From contig CAWJZV010000046.1 of the NCBI GenBank assembly GCA_963847445.1, positions 408,749 to 472,748 on the forward strand: a stretch of 64,000 nucleotides of DNA. The letters run 5' to 3'. Positions 32,777 to 44,018 of this stretch are shown here, one piece after another. Source of the stretch: an uncultured delta proteobacterium. GTDB taxonomy: Bacteria > Desulfobacterota > Binatia > UBA9968. A program made the translations under genes and the position numbers. How positions within the stretch are numbered: the stretch's first letter is position 1; every line of letters starts with the position of its first letter. The notes under the pieces are model-generated. The model had not been told where the DNA came from. It searched no databases and saw nothing but the letters and a program-made list of their open reading frames with translations.

Positions 32777-33224
32777 CTTTAGACGTCAGATCGCCGCCAA
32801 CAATTTTACCGATCAAATCGGGAATATCCGGCGGGGAGTCGGTTTCGCGAATTTTCCCGCCGGCAGGGATGATTTTATCCGATGCGCCGGGCGATACCAA
32901 GACAAATTTATCGCCGATCAAGCCGCGCGCCCGAACTGAGGCGATGACATCTTCCTGGAGCTTGACGCCGTCGTTAAGCCGCAGGGTCAAGCGGGCCTTA
33001 TCTTCGGCCAAGGTCATGCCTTCGACCCGGCCGACTTTGACACCGGCGATCTCCACGGGATCCCCGAGCTTTAGACCGGCAACTGAGGCAAAATCGGCGA
33101 AAAGCACGTAACCCTGGGCGCCGAACACTTCAAGCTTGCCGAGACGGATGGCGAGATAGCCCAGGCAGGTAATGCCGACCAGGACAAAGATGCCGACTAA
33201 TATATCAGTGCGTGTATGATTCAC
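32742..33224 (-). CDS. mlaD: MlaD (MCE domain) protein
   Basis: An N-terminal TM helix is followed by FADFASVAGLKLGDPVEIAGVKVGRVEGM, the MCE core pattern. Confidence 0.85.
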   Translation of the reverse strand: MNHTRTDILVGIFVLVGITCLGYLAIRLGKLEVFGAQGYVLFADFASVAGLKLGDPVEIAGVKVGRVEGMTLAEDKARLTLRLNDGVKLQEDVIASVRARGLIGDKFVLVSPGASDKIIPAGGKIRETDSPPDIPDLIGKIVGGDLTSKGEKKDETPKSK

Positions 33225-33235
33225 TGTCGCAACTC

Positions 33236-33984
33236 CTAGAGGACTTGGATCGGTCCTTCGGTTTTCCCATGGATGAATTGCTGTACCACTGGATTCGCCG
33301 ATGCACAGAACTCCGCCGGCGGCGAAATGTTTTCGATGATGCCGCCGGCGAGCATAGCAATGTAGTCTGAGATTTCAAAGACTTGCGGAATGGTATGACT
33401 GACGATGATGCCGGTATAACCAAACTCGTTCTGAGTGCGGGCGATCAGTTGGTGAATGCTGGTGGCCAACACCGGGTCCAAGCCGGTGGTCGGTTCGTCG
33501 AACAGGACGATTTCCGGGTCCATGATCAGCGCCCGCGCCAATCCGGCGCGCTTTCTCATGCCGCCGCTCAGCTCGGCGGGAAATTTGCCGCCCATCTTGC
33601 CCAGGCCGACCTGCTCCAAGCGGCTATCGACCTTCTTCTTGATGTCGCTTTCGCTGGCATGCTGGTTTTTTCGCGCAGGGGAAAGGCGACGTTGTCGAAT
33701 ACACTCAGCGAGTCCAGCAGGGCGGCGCCTTGAAACAGCACGCCGAATTTGGCGCGCACTTCGTAGAGTTCTTTCTGGCGCAGTTTGGTAATGTCGACGC
33801 CGTCGACGAAAACTTCGCCGGCATCGGGCAGATAGAGGGCGTTCAAATGTTTCAGCAAGACGGTTTTGCCGCAGCCGCTGGTGCCGACGATGGTGGTGAT
33901 CTTGCCGGTGGCGAACTCTAGGTTCACGCCGCGCAGGACCTGTTGGCCGCGAAAGCTCTTGTGTAGATTGGCGACTTGGATCAT
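33236..33984 (-). CDS. mlaF: MlaF-type ABC transporter ATP-binding protein (one apparent frameshift near 33600)
   Basis: Walker A GTSGCGKT, signature LSGGMRKRAGLARAL and Walker B IVLFDEPTTGLD are present. Confidence 0.85.
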
Positions 33985-33989
33985 GGCGC

Positions 33990-34705
33990 TCAGAGCATGA
34001 TGGAAGTCAGGAAGTAGTCCCAGACCAGAATGAAGACGAACGACAAGACCACCGACTCGGTGGTCGCTTGGCTGACACCGGTGGCCATGGGCGGGGCGTG
34101 AAAACCCTTGTAACAACAGATCCAGGTGATGATCAGGCCGAAGGAAATCGATTTGACGAAGCCGCTGTAGACATCGTGGAACACCACGCTGTTTTCGATG
34201 CCGGCAAAAAAACTGCCGGAACTAACCCCCAACATGGAGACCCCGACTAAGTAGGAGCCGAAGATGCCGATGACGTCGAAGATGGCGGTCAGCAGCGGCA
34301 TGGCGATCAGACTGGCGATGATGCGCGGCGAAACCAGAACTTGATCGGGTTGATCGCCATGGAGTCGAGCGCGTCGATCTGTTCGGTGGCGCGCATGGTG
34401 CCCAGCTCGGCGGCCATGGCGGAGCCGGTTCTGCCGGTGACCATGAAGGCGGACAGCACCGGCCCCAATTCACGCAACAGACTCAGGGCGGCGGCCGAAC
34501 CGAGATAGCTTTCGGCGCTGAATTTGCGCAGGCTATAGTAACCCTGGAAGCCCATCACCATGCCGGTGAAAAATCCCGACAGCGCGACCACGGACAGCGA
34601 ATCCACGCCGATGGTTTTGATGTGGTAGACGATCAGGTTAAGCTTGGCCGGACGGCGGAACACCAGCATGATCGCCGACAGGAGAAAGTTAAACATTTTC
34701 CCCAT
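33990..34705 (-). CDS. mlaE: MlaE-type ABC transporter permease (one apparent frameshift near 34300)
   Basis: GPVLSAFMVTGRTGSAMAAELGTMRATEQIDALDSMAINP is the conserved MlaE loop. The remainder is hydrophobic. Confidence 0.8.
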
Positions 34706-34941
34706 GCCGGCGATGCGTTCGATGTGAGCGTTGGCCGATGTGGCCTAAGAAAGAAATCATCAGTGTTTACGGTAAAACAGAATGAAATTTGATTTTCGAA
34801 GTAAATATAGAAATCCGCCAATCATTGCAAGGTTTAGCGACAATTACGCCGCGTTCGCAGCGCATGCGTGAGAGGAATTTATTCGGAACATTCGCTGCGG
34901 CAACGACACGAGACGCGTGGTCACTCGAGCAAATTAGCAAC

Positions 34942-35707
34942 ATGAGCGAAGATACGTTGGACACGCTGATCGACGGCAAGCTGCGGCTTTACCAGAGCCG
35001 CACGGGCTACCGGTTCTCTCTCGACGCGTTGTTACTCGCGCATTTTGTCACGGTCAAGCGCGGCGACCGGATCTGTCGATCTTGGCACCGGCAATGGTCC
35101 GATCGCGCTGTTGTTGAGTCATTTGCATCCCTCGGCAGCGCTCGCCGGTTTGGAAGTGCAACCGGAGATGGCAGCGCGGGCCAAGCGCAGCGTCGCTCTC
35201 AACCGGCTCGACGATCGGGTGGAAATTGTTACCGGCGATCTGCGCGAGATCGGCTCAATATTCACGCCATCGTCGTTCCATGTCGTCGTCAGCAATCCGC
35301 CCTTTCGTCCGGCCAGCAGCGGCCGGATCAGCCCTAATCGGGAGAAACAGTGGGCACGCCATGAGATCAAAGGCGGATTGACAGATTTTCTCGCTGCCGC
35401 GGTTTATCTGCTTCGACCAAAAGGGCGGCTGGCGTTGATCTACTCAGCCGAGCGGGCGGTTGAGTTGCTCGTCAGCCTGCGCCGCGCCGGTCTCGAGCCC
35501 AAACGGCTGCGCTGGGTCCATTCCTTCGCCGCGGACGGAGCACTGCTGGTATTGGCCGAAGCGGTCAAGGGCGGTCGAAGCGGCATCGAAGTCGAGCCGC
35601 CGCTGGTGATTTATCGCAAGGGCAAGGAATACACAGCGGAAGTCGCCAATATTGTCGCCGGTATCGCCAAGCCGAGCGCTAGAACGGCGCTGCCCGATGA
35701 CGAGTAG
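34942..35707 (+). CDS. SAM-dependent methyltransferase, tRNA (adenine-N6) TrmN6/YfiC-like (one apparent frameshift near 35070)
   Basis: YRFSLDALLLA, VDLGTGNGPIAL (SAM motif I) and VVSNPPF (NPPF motif IV) are present. Confidence 0.7.
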
Positions 35708-35724
35708 AACCGGTTGTAGCAATT

Positions 35725-36156
35725 TCATTCGGGCTTGGTTGGACGGCGGGCGAAACTATTTAAGAGTTTTTTAAAGGCGTCGCGGATTTCCGGATCTTCG
35801 ATGGTTTCAATGAACCCGGCATCGACCAGCCGTGGCGGCGTCGCAGCTGGCTGATCGGTGCTTGCCTCGGGCGGCAGGTCGATCCGGCCGACGATGAAAA
35901 AAATATTTTTGACGACGTTGCTTTTCAGTTGCTCGTTGAGCTTAGCGGTGATCATTTCCTTCATGAACTGGAGTTGCTGCATCCACACCGGGCTGGATAC
36001 TTTGACGATCAGGGTGCCGTTACGGATCTTTTCCGGTTGGGCGTTACGGGCGATGGCGCTGCCGACCGCTTGATTCCAGATCGTCCAAACGCCGTAGTCT
36101 GCCAGGCGCGAGTCCAAGTCGAGGCGCTTGAGCGAGGTGTCCAGCAACTCGCCCAA
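35725..36156 (-). CDS. DUF721 (DciA-like) domain protein
   Basis: WNQAVGSAIARNAQPEKIRNGTLIVKVSSPVWMQQLQFMKEMI is the typical DUF721 pattern. Confidence 0.6.
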   Translation of the reverse strand: MGELLDTSLKRLDLDSRLADYGVWTIWNQAVGSAIARNAQPEKIRNGTLIVKVSSPVWMQQLQFMKEMITAKLNEQLKSNVVKNIFFIVGRIDLPPEASTDQPAATPPRLVDAGFIETIEDPEIRDAFKKLLNSFARRPTKPE

Positions 36157-36319
36157 GCCGTTCGATCTGTGGGTATTTTCGCGCCATGAATCAGACTTTC
36201 GCCCCTGTAACTACCAGATCGGCGCCGTCCATGCTAGCCGCTGCGATGCTGCCGCAAGTTTAGTAATTTCCGCAAAAGTGGCGAAAAGTCACAACAAATT
36301 CCGCTGCCGAAAATTTTTA

Positions 36320-36394
36320 TTGACAACCAAGGGAATAGTCTCTAAAAATACAAAATCTAGTGTAGATCTGACTGTTTCACACCATATATTGGGC
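36320..36394 (+). promoter_or_regulatory. putative nrdJ promoter (TTGACA 36320-36325, TAAAAA 36343-36348) followed by two NrdR boxes (36349-36364, 36379-36394)
   Basis: TACAAAATCTAGTGTA and ACACCATATATTGGGC both approximate the NrdR box consensus acaCwAtATaTwGtgt. Their centres are about 30 bp apart, as is usual for tandem NrdR boxes. Confidence 0.65.
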
Positions 36395-36423
36395 GTTACC
36401 AGGGAGAAGGGAGAGATGGACCG

Positions 36424-39194
<2,771 letters not shown>

Positions 39195-39222
39195 GTTGTT
39201 GAAGTACATACGCTGGAAGAAA

Positions 39223-39254
39223 ACGGGCCGGTCGAAGGTATTCGGTCGGCCCGT
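39223..39254 (+). terminator. hairpin after nrdJ (ACGGGCCG ... CGGCCCGT)
   Basis: An 8-bp perfect stem lies 29 nt after the nrdJ stop. The downstream T-tract is weak (TGTAGCTTTG). Confidence 0.45.
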
Positions 39255-39281
39255 TGTAGCTTTGATGCAGAGAACTGCAGG

Positions 39282-39310
39282 TTAGCACAAATCTAGAATC
39301 TGGATAGAAT
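39282..39310 (+). promoter_or_regulatory. putative promoter of the TIR gene: TTAGCA - 17 nt - TAGAAT, ending 6 nt before the ATG (leaderless-type geometry)
   Basis: The hexamers and spacing are read directly. No Shine-Dalgarno sequence lies between the -10 and ATG 39317. Confidence 0.4.
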
Positions 39311-39316
39311 TCAGAA

Positions 39317-40225
39317 ATGGCTCTAGTTTTTCTATCGCATAGCAGCTGTGACAAGGAACTCGCCCGGAGACTCGCGATTGATCTGCGTATGTCGCGAATA
39401 CGTGTGTGGTTTGACGAGTGGGAAATCCACGTGGGTCACTCTATAAGTCAGCGCATTGGAAAGGGCTTGGACGAGGCTGATTTTGTTGTTGTTCTTTTGA
39501 CAAAACAGAGCATCGCTTCTGGTTGGGTTCAAAAAGAATGGATGAGTCGGATCGGAGACGAAGCAATTTCTCAGGGTATCTTTGTCCTTCCGGTTCTTGC
39601 AGAAGACTGCGTTATCCCACGCCTACTTCAGGATAAGCGGTATGCCGATTTCCGGTCCGACTACGAATTGGGCCTACGTGACTTAATCTCATCAATCCAG
39701 TTGCATGCAGCAAATGAACTTACGATTTCGGGCGGCGCGACAATTGAGTCGGGGCGAATAGTGTATGAAGACGTGATTCCCGATATTCCGATGATGCGAG
39801 GACTCATAAACACGATAGAAAGCGGATTTTTTGAAAGACACAAATACGGACTCAAAGCGCATGTGCAATTCATATCTTCGCATCAAGCGCTACAGGACTT
39901 CGCGGACACGTGGAGTGCGAACCGGGTAACATTAGAAAGTACTGACTATTCGATTTCATGTGACCCAGGCAAACCCTCAGAATTTGTTGCAACGCGTAGC
40001 ATCAAACTCCCAGCGGGATCGCTTCTTCCAGATATATCGACAGGGAAACAGCTGCGACTTCCGCTTTCCATTGATATGGATGTTGCCACCCGGGTTGTTG
40101 GTAGATTTACAAACGGTACAGTCGTTGGAAAGTTTTATCAGACCACCTTGCTCAGGTCGGCAATTCCACTTCCTATTCCTGATATAAATGTGAGCGGTAG
40201 CTTCAAGGCCATTGTGTCAGTGTAA
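39317..40225 (+). CDS. TIR domain protein with an unassigned ~170-aa C-terminal domain
   Basis: ALVFLSHSSCDKELARRLAIDLRMSRIRVWFDEWEIHVGHSI...ADFVVVLLTKQSIASGWVQKEW fits the bacterial TIR_2 pattern, including the conserved Glu (E74). I recognise no motif in residues ~135-302. Confidence 0.8.
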   Translation: MALVFLSHSSCDKELARRLAIDLRMSRIRVWFDEWEIHVGHSISQRIGKGLDEADFVVVLLTKQSIASGWVQKEWMSRIGDEAISQGIFVLPVLAEDCVIPRLLQDKRYADFRSDYELGLRDLISSIQLHAANELTISGGATIESGRIVYEDVIPDIPMMRGLINTIESGFFERHKYGLKAHVQFISSHQALQDFADTWSANRVTLESTDYSISCDPGKPSEFVATRSIKLPAGSLLPDISTGKQLRLPLSIDMDVATRVVGRFTNGTVVGKFYQTTLLRSAIPLPIPDINVSGSFKAIVSV

Positions 40226-40435
40226 TTTGTTGGTCATCTCGACGAAAAAGAAGAGGTTTCCGATTCCTCAACTCAGCGGTGACTCTGCAATATGCGCTGA
40301 AGATATTAAGCAACGCGGCGAATAGGTGATTATCGATGTCGGCAAAAATCGAAGTGTGTCGTTGACGAAACTACGCAGCGGCAGCCGCAGCGACTTCAGG
40401 GATGTTGTTAGTCAGGCGATCGGGGTCTACTTTTT

Positions 40436-40505
40436 TTCACAACAATCTGAAGAGAAAGTCTTGAAACAAAAGTTTTACTCGTTTTCTTTTTCTTCATAAG
40501 TCGTG
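40436..40505 (+). repeat. island II repeat, 5' module copy 1 (TTCACAACAATCTGAAGAGAAAGTCTTGAAACAAAAGTTTTAC...)
   Basis: It aligns over about 70 nt with 45640-45709 with few substitutions. Each copy lies downstream of a plus-strand cargo gene (TIR, MBL). Confidence 0.75.
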
Positions 40506-40739
40506 CCCCGCTGCGGCCACAGGCGGAACGGACTTAGGGGACATCCTATAATTTTCTTGTCAAGTAGTATTTTAAAAAAACTTATCCGTCGAGCTTTACA
40601 GCCTGAACAATCTTTTTGTCCACCAGCACCAACGGCGAGTCTCTCACTTTATTCGAACTCTGCACCTAAGCGTTACAATTATCCGGCGTACTTGCTTTCA
40701 GTCGCCCAGCATCCCTTATCCAGGTTGCAGCAGTTCAGT

Positions 40740-40812
40740 GAGAGAGGCCCCGAGAAATTGTCCCTTTACGAGGTCCATTTGGCCTCCATGCTATTGACCG
40801 GGGTCCTCTCTC
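40740..40812 (+). other. long imperfect hairpin inside the ORF-poor stretch (GAGAGAGGCCCCG ... CGGGGTCCTCTCTC)
   Basis: A 13-bp stem with one bulge, read directly. The inner segment GAGGTCCATTTGGCCTC can form a second hairpin. Confidence 0.5.
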
Positions 40813-41489
40813 GCCCGCAGAACCGATCTTATTACGGACCGGCTCTGCAGTAGCTCAGCGCGATCTTTCTCACGCTGAGAGTTCGTTTCACCGGTGCGGC
40901 TTTAAAAACGGCTTCCATAAAAGCCCTATAACGCACGCGCCGCGTCGGGTTGGACCTTTGGTATACCTCCGTTTTTCATCTTGGCGTTGCTGGCGGCTGC
41001 GATCATCTGATCGCCGGCACCGAGATAGCCAGGGTCAGGAGAAGGGGTCAGACTCTCATGTCTCGACTTTCTTCATCGGGTTCTCAAATCCCGCCGCATT
41101 TCTTCATCATTTTTCAACCGTGAAGCAATCGATGGACGTTGTTGACTAGCTGGACAACGAGGATCCGAGGGTCAAATAGTTTCGACTTATTGCCAAGCTG
41201 ATTTGAGCCGGTCGAAACCGACTTTTCCTTCGCTTCTACCTTTTCAGAGCATGCTCGGAGGCTCGCTCTTTTTCGCGCTCCCAACGCGGTCGATAATTGC
41301 GTCCAGCAATTCATCGACCCTCTTCGGCTTAAGATTGAACAACAAACCCGCTTCTCATGGTTTCCTTCCTGCTGATCCTGAATCCGGAAATAGAGTTTTG
41401 CTCCGCTCACGCGCTTCGCACAGTTCCTACAAAGACGGCACCACCCATATCTCATGTCGCCGCTGGAATTTATGCAGCGACTCGGCGCG

Positions 41490-41680
41490 CTGGTACCGCT
41501 CGGGCAGTTTGCGCGAGCGTCGGGACAGGGAACAAATCAAGCGCATCCGACCGCTACATCGCCCGAATCGGCCGAAGCAAGATCCGCGATTGTCAATCAA
41601 CACACGTGCGATTGACGGCCCGCCGGTTCGGCGCTATAGCTCCCGTCAGCGAAAAAGGCTGTTTAACTGTCGTATACAGC
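41490..41680 (+). repeat. island II repeat, copy A (core plus 3' module)
   Basis: It contains the core GACAGGGAACAAATCAAGCGCATCCGACCGCTACATCGCCCGAA and the 3' end TATAGCTCCCGTCAG...GTTTAAC shared with copies B, C and D. Confidence 0.75.
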
Positions 41681-41756
41681 AATGGCGTCTCTCTCGTTTG
41701 TCTATTTGCCCGTTCGGCGATGCTCTGTTAAAGTTATGGTGAGTTGAGGATCACTG

Positions 41757-41996
41757 ATGGAAACCGTAAATATCGATGAGATGCATCGTGACTTTGCTCG
41801 CGTCATGGATAGGGTCGCTAAGGGCGAAGAAGTTGTGATTACCAGCGCGGGGAGTCCGGTGGCGAAATTGGTGCCTTTCAATCGGCCTTCTGTGCGGCGC
41901 GTGCCGGGTTGTTGGAAGGGTAAAGTTCGTATCGCTCCTGATTTCGATGTTCTGCCACCAGAAGTGGCGGCGGCCTTTCGCGGCGACGTTCCGTGA
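41757..41996 (+). CDS. Phd/YefM family antitoxin
   Basis: VNIDEMHRDFARVMDRVAKGEEVVITSAGSPVAKLVP is the Phd/YefM N-terminal pattern. It overlaps the downstream PIN gene by 4 nt. Confidence 0.8.
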   Translation: METVNIDEMHRDFARVMDRVAKGEEVVITSAGSPVAKLVPFNRPSVRRVPGCWKGKVRIAPDFDVLPPEVAAAFRGDVP

Positions 41997-42370
41997 ATTT
42001 ACTTCTGGACACCCACGTCCTCCTATGGTGGCTGGCGGACGATGCTCTTCTTCAGCCTGCAGCTCGCGACGCCATCCGAGACCAAGCGAATGTTGTCTAT
42101 GTGAGCGCAGCGACGGCATGGGAAATCAGTATTAAGAAAGCGCTTGGAAAGCTCGATTCACCGGACGATCTCGCCAACACTCTTGAACTCAATAACTTTC
42201 ATCCTCTGGAAATCACCATTGCCCACGCCACGATGGCTGGGTCCCTGCCGCGTCACCATGATGACCCTTTCGACAGAATGCTAATCGCCCAGGCTCAAGC
42301 CGGCCAGCTCACCTTGGTTACACATGATGGATGGTTTCGCGCTTACGGAGTTGCGGTAATTTGGACCTAA
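41993..42370 (+). CDS. vapC: PIN domain toxin (VapC family)
   Basis: LLLDTHVLLWW (first acidic residue), SAATAWEISIK and DPFDRMLIAQA are PIN signature segments. Confidence 0.85.
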   Translation: MNLLLDTHVLLWWLADDALLQPAARDAIRDQANVVYVSAATAWEISIKKALGKLDSPDDLANTLELNNFHPLEITIAHATMAGSLPRHHDDPFDRMLIAQAQAGQLTLVTHDGWFRAYGVAVIWT

Positions 42371-42537
42371 TGAGCAGTGGGCGGCGTGCTCGATGCCATC
42401 TGTGCTAATGCATTCTTCCGACGTTGGGCCGAAGAGTAACTTCAAGGACACAGGCTGTAATGTGGAGTCTTTGCTTGATTGAAATCTACGCTGTCTGCCG
42501 CATTCTCGGTCGATTGTAAGTCGTCGATCACTAGGAA

Positions 42538-42792
42538 CTAAACAATACCTGACAGTTGTTTTCCTCTGTTGAGAGCGGACACTTGTTTTCAACGCAGGCC
42601 GACGATGCTGCTCGGTCACGCGTTTGAGCGAGCGCACCGACAGGGAACAAATCAAGCGCTTCCGACCTCTGCATAGCCCGAACTATCCGAAGCAAAACGG
42701 CGATTATCACCCAACACTCGTGCGCTCGACGACTCGCCGGTGCGTCGCTACGGGTGCCGTCAGAATGTGAGTTGTTTAAATTTCTTATCCAG
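42538..42792 (+). repeat. island II repeat, copy B (5' module, middle, core, 3' module)
   Basis: CTAAACAATACCTGACAGTTGTTTT..., CCGACGATGCTGCTCGG, GACAGGGAACAAATCAAGCGCTTCCGACC and ...GCCGTCAG...GTTTAAATTTC. It is collinear with copy C. Confidence 0.8.
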
Positions 42793-42861
42793 ACAAAGGT
42801 AGATGGCTACTCCGTAGCAGCCGGCGCTTGACGGCGGTGGGTCAATGGCCGCCTTCTGCTT

Positions 42862-43161
42862 TCACGCCGCTAACGCCTTCAGCACGGCTTTCGGGTCAGT
42901 CTTGATCGCTCGCAGCAGAGCCTTTGCCGGGCCAGTGGGCTCTCGTCTGCCCTGTTCCCAATTGCGCAAAGTACCAACGTCGACGTGCAGGAGCTTCGCG
43001 AACTGCGGCTGACTGAGGCCGGTCATGGCTCGAATCTCCTTGACCATTGCGGCATCGACATAGAACTCTCGCGACGGCGCGCGAACGCCGCGCACGATTT
43101 CATCCATCTGACTCATGCTTTCTACTAATCGCTTAAACAGCTTCTTGTCCATCGTTACCAC
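42862..43161 (-). CDS. HTH (XRE-like) antitoxin
   Basis: IRAMTGLSQPQFAKLLHVDVGTLRNWEQGRREPTGPAKALL is a Cro/C1-type HTH. It overlaps the upstream toxin gene by 7 nt. Confidence 0.75.
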   Translation of the reverse strand: MVTMDKKLFKRLVESMSQMDEIVRGVRAPSREFYVDAAMVKEIRAMTGLSQPQFAKLLHVDVGTLRNWEQGRREPTGPAKALLRAIKTDPKAVLKALAA

Positions 43162-43469
43162 CCCGCATTAATTTTGCGCAACACGGTCTTTTCCTTGGGC
43201 GTCAAGTCGTCTTTGATTCCCTTGCGGTAGATCAGAATCAGTCGAATCTGAGCTTGTGCGACCACGTGGTAGTAGATCACGCGCGTGCCACCACGTTTGC
43301 CCCGTCCCGCCGTCGTCCATCGAACCTTTCGCAAGCCGCCGGTGCCGGCAATGACATCCCCTGCATCCGGTTGGCTGACCAGATGCCGCTGCAGGGCAGC
43401 ATAGTCCTTATCGCTGAGCAGCGCTTGCACATCTGCAGTGAAAATCGGCGTCTCAACGAAGACCATCAC
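43155..43469 (-). CDS. RelE/HigB-2-like toxin
   Basis: FVETPIFTADVQALLSDKDY...GTGGLRKVRWTTAGRGKRGGTRVIYYH...LILIYRKGIKDDLTPKE matches the pattern of HigB-2-type toxins paired with HTH antitoxins. Confidence 0.7.
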   Translation of the reverse strand: MMVFVETPIFTADVQALLSDKDYAALQRHLVSQPDAGDVIAGTGGLRKVRWTTAGRGKRGGTRVIYYHVVAQAQIRLILIYRKGIKDDLTPKEKTVLRKINAGW

Positions 43470-43729
43470 TTACAGTACACTAATGGCGTTTACTACGTCA
43501 ATGACTTACCCTCGAAACGGTCAAGACCGAACGCGCGTGGGTCGATGCAAGAAGCGGGGAAATCTTCATGCGTTCTTTTAAGGTGCTCAACAGAAGCTCG
43601 GCCTTTTCATGTCCCGTTCGAATTTCGCCGCTGATCTTGCTCAGACGACGAATTGTGCGATAGAAAAACCATTCGGGTAGTGAAACAGACTACGAAGGAG
43701 CCGCGCCATGTCCAGACGGCTACTAGCAA

Positions 43730-43972
43730 CTAAACAATACCCGACAGTTGTTTTTCTCAGTTGAGAGCCGCAAGCTGGTGCAACGCAAGCCGACGATGCA
43801 ACTCAGTTTCGCGTTCGAGCGGGCGCGCCGACAGGGAGCAAATCAAGCGCATCCGACCGCTGCATCGCCCGAACTATCAGTACCAAACTCGTGATTTTCA
43901 CCTTGACGACTCGCCGGTGTGGAGATATAGCTCCCGACAGAGGAATGAGGGTGTTCAAATTTCCTATACGTA
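43730..43972 (+). repeat. island II repeat, copy C
   Basis: It is collinear with copy B: CTAAACAATACCCGACAGTTGTTTTT, CCGACGATGCAACTCAG, GACAGGGAGCAAATCAAGCGCATCCGACCGCTGCATCGCCCGAAC, TATAGCTCCCGACAG...GTTCAAATTTCC. Confidence 0.8.
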
Positions 43973-44018
43973 GAACCGACTACATTGCCTGAAACACAAA
44001 CCAAGACACATCAACTTT

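Noticed and set aside
36157-36423. A cobalamin riboswitch upstream of the B12-dependent RNR
   Set aside because: I could not see the conserved B12-box, and the leader is short. Instead, two good NrdR boxes overlap the promoter, which explains the regulation.
40503-41455. ORFs 40503-40853, 40958-41149 and 41114-41455 (minus) as cargo genes downstream of the TIR gene
   Set aside because: The translations are low-complexity (Arg/Ser/Cys/Leu-rich). They have no motifs and no SD/start context, and the neighbouring frames do not extend them into anything recognisable.
41400-41560. A degraded IS5-family transposase N-terminus (minus-strand ..KLPERYQRAESLHKFQRRHEIW..)
   Set aside because: Only an LPERY-like pentapeptide and a few spaced residues match. 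The spacing to the expected upstream motif is wrong, and the similarity is absent from the other repeat copies.
41203-41742. ORFs running through the island II repeats (41203-41742, 43761-43973, 45721-46008, 45679-45864 minus) as a small conserved protein
   Set aside because: The shared peptide (..DREQIKRIRPLHRPN.. or, on the other strand, MQRSDALDLFPVG..) is embedded in R/C-rich nonsense. Substitutions between copies are not biased toward synonymous changes, and stops interrupt the minus-strand frame in copies A and C.
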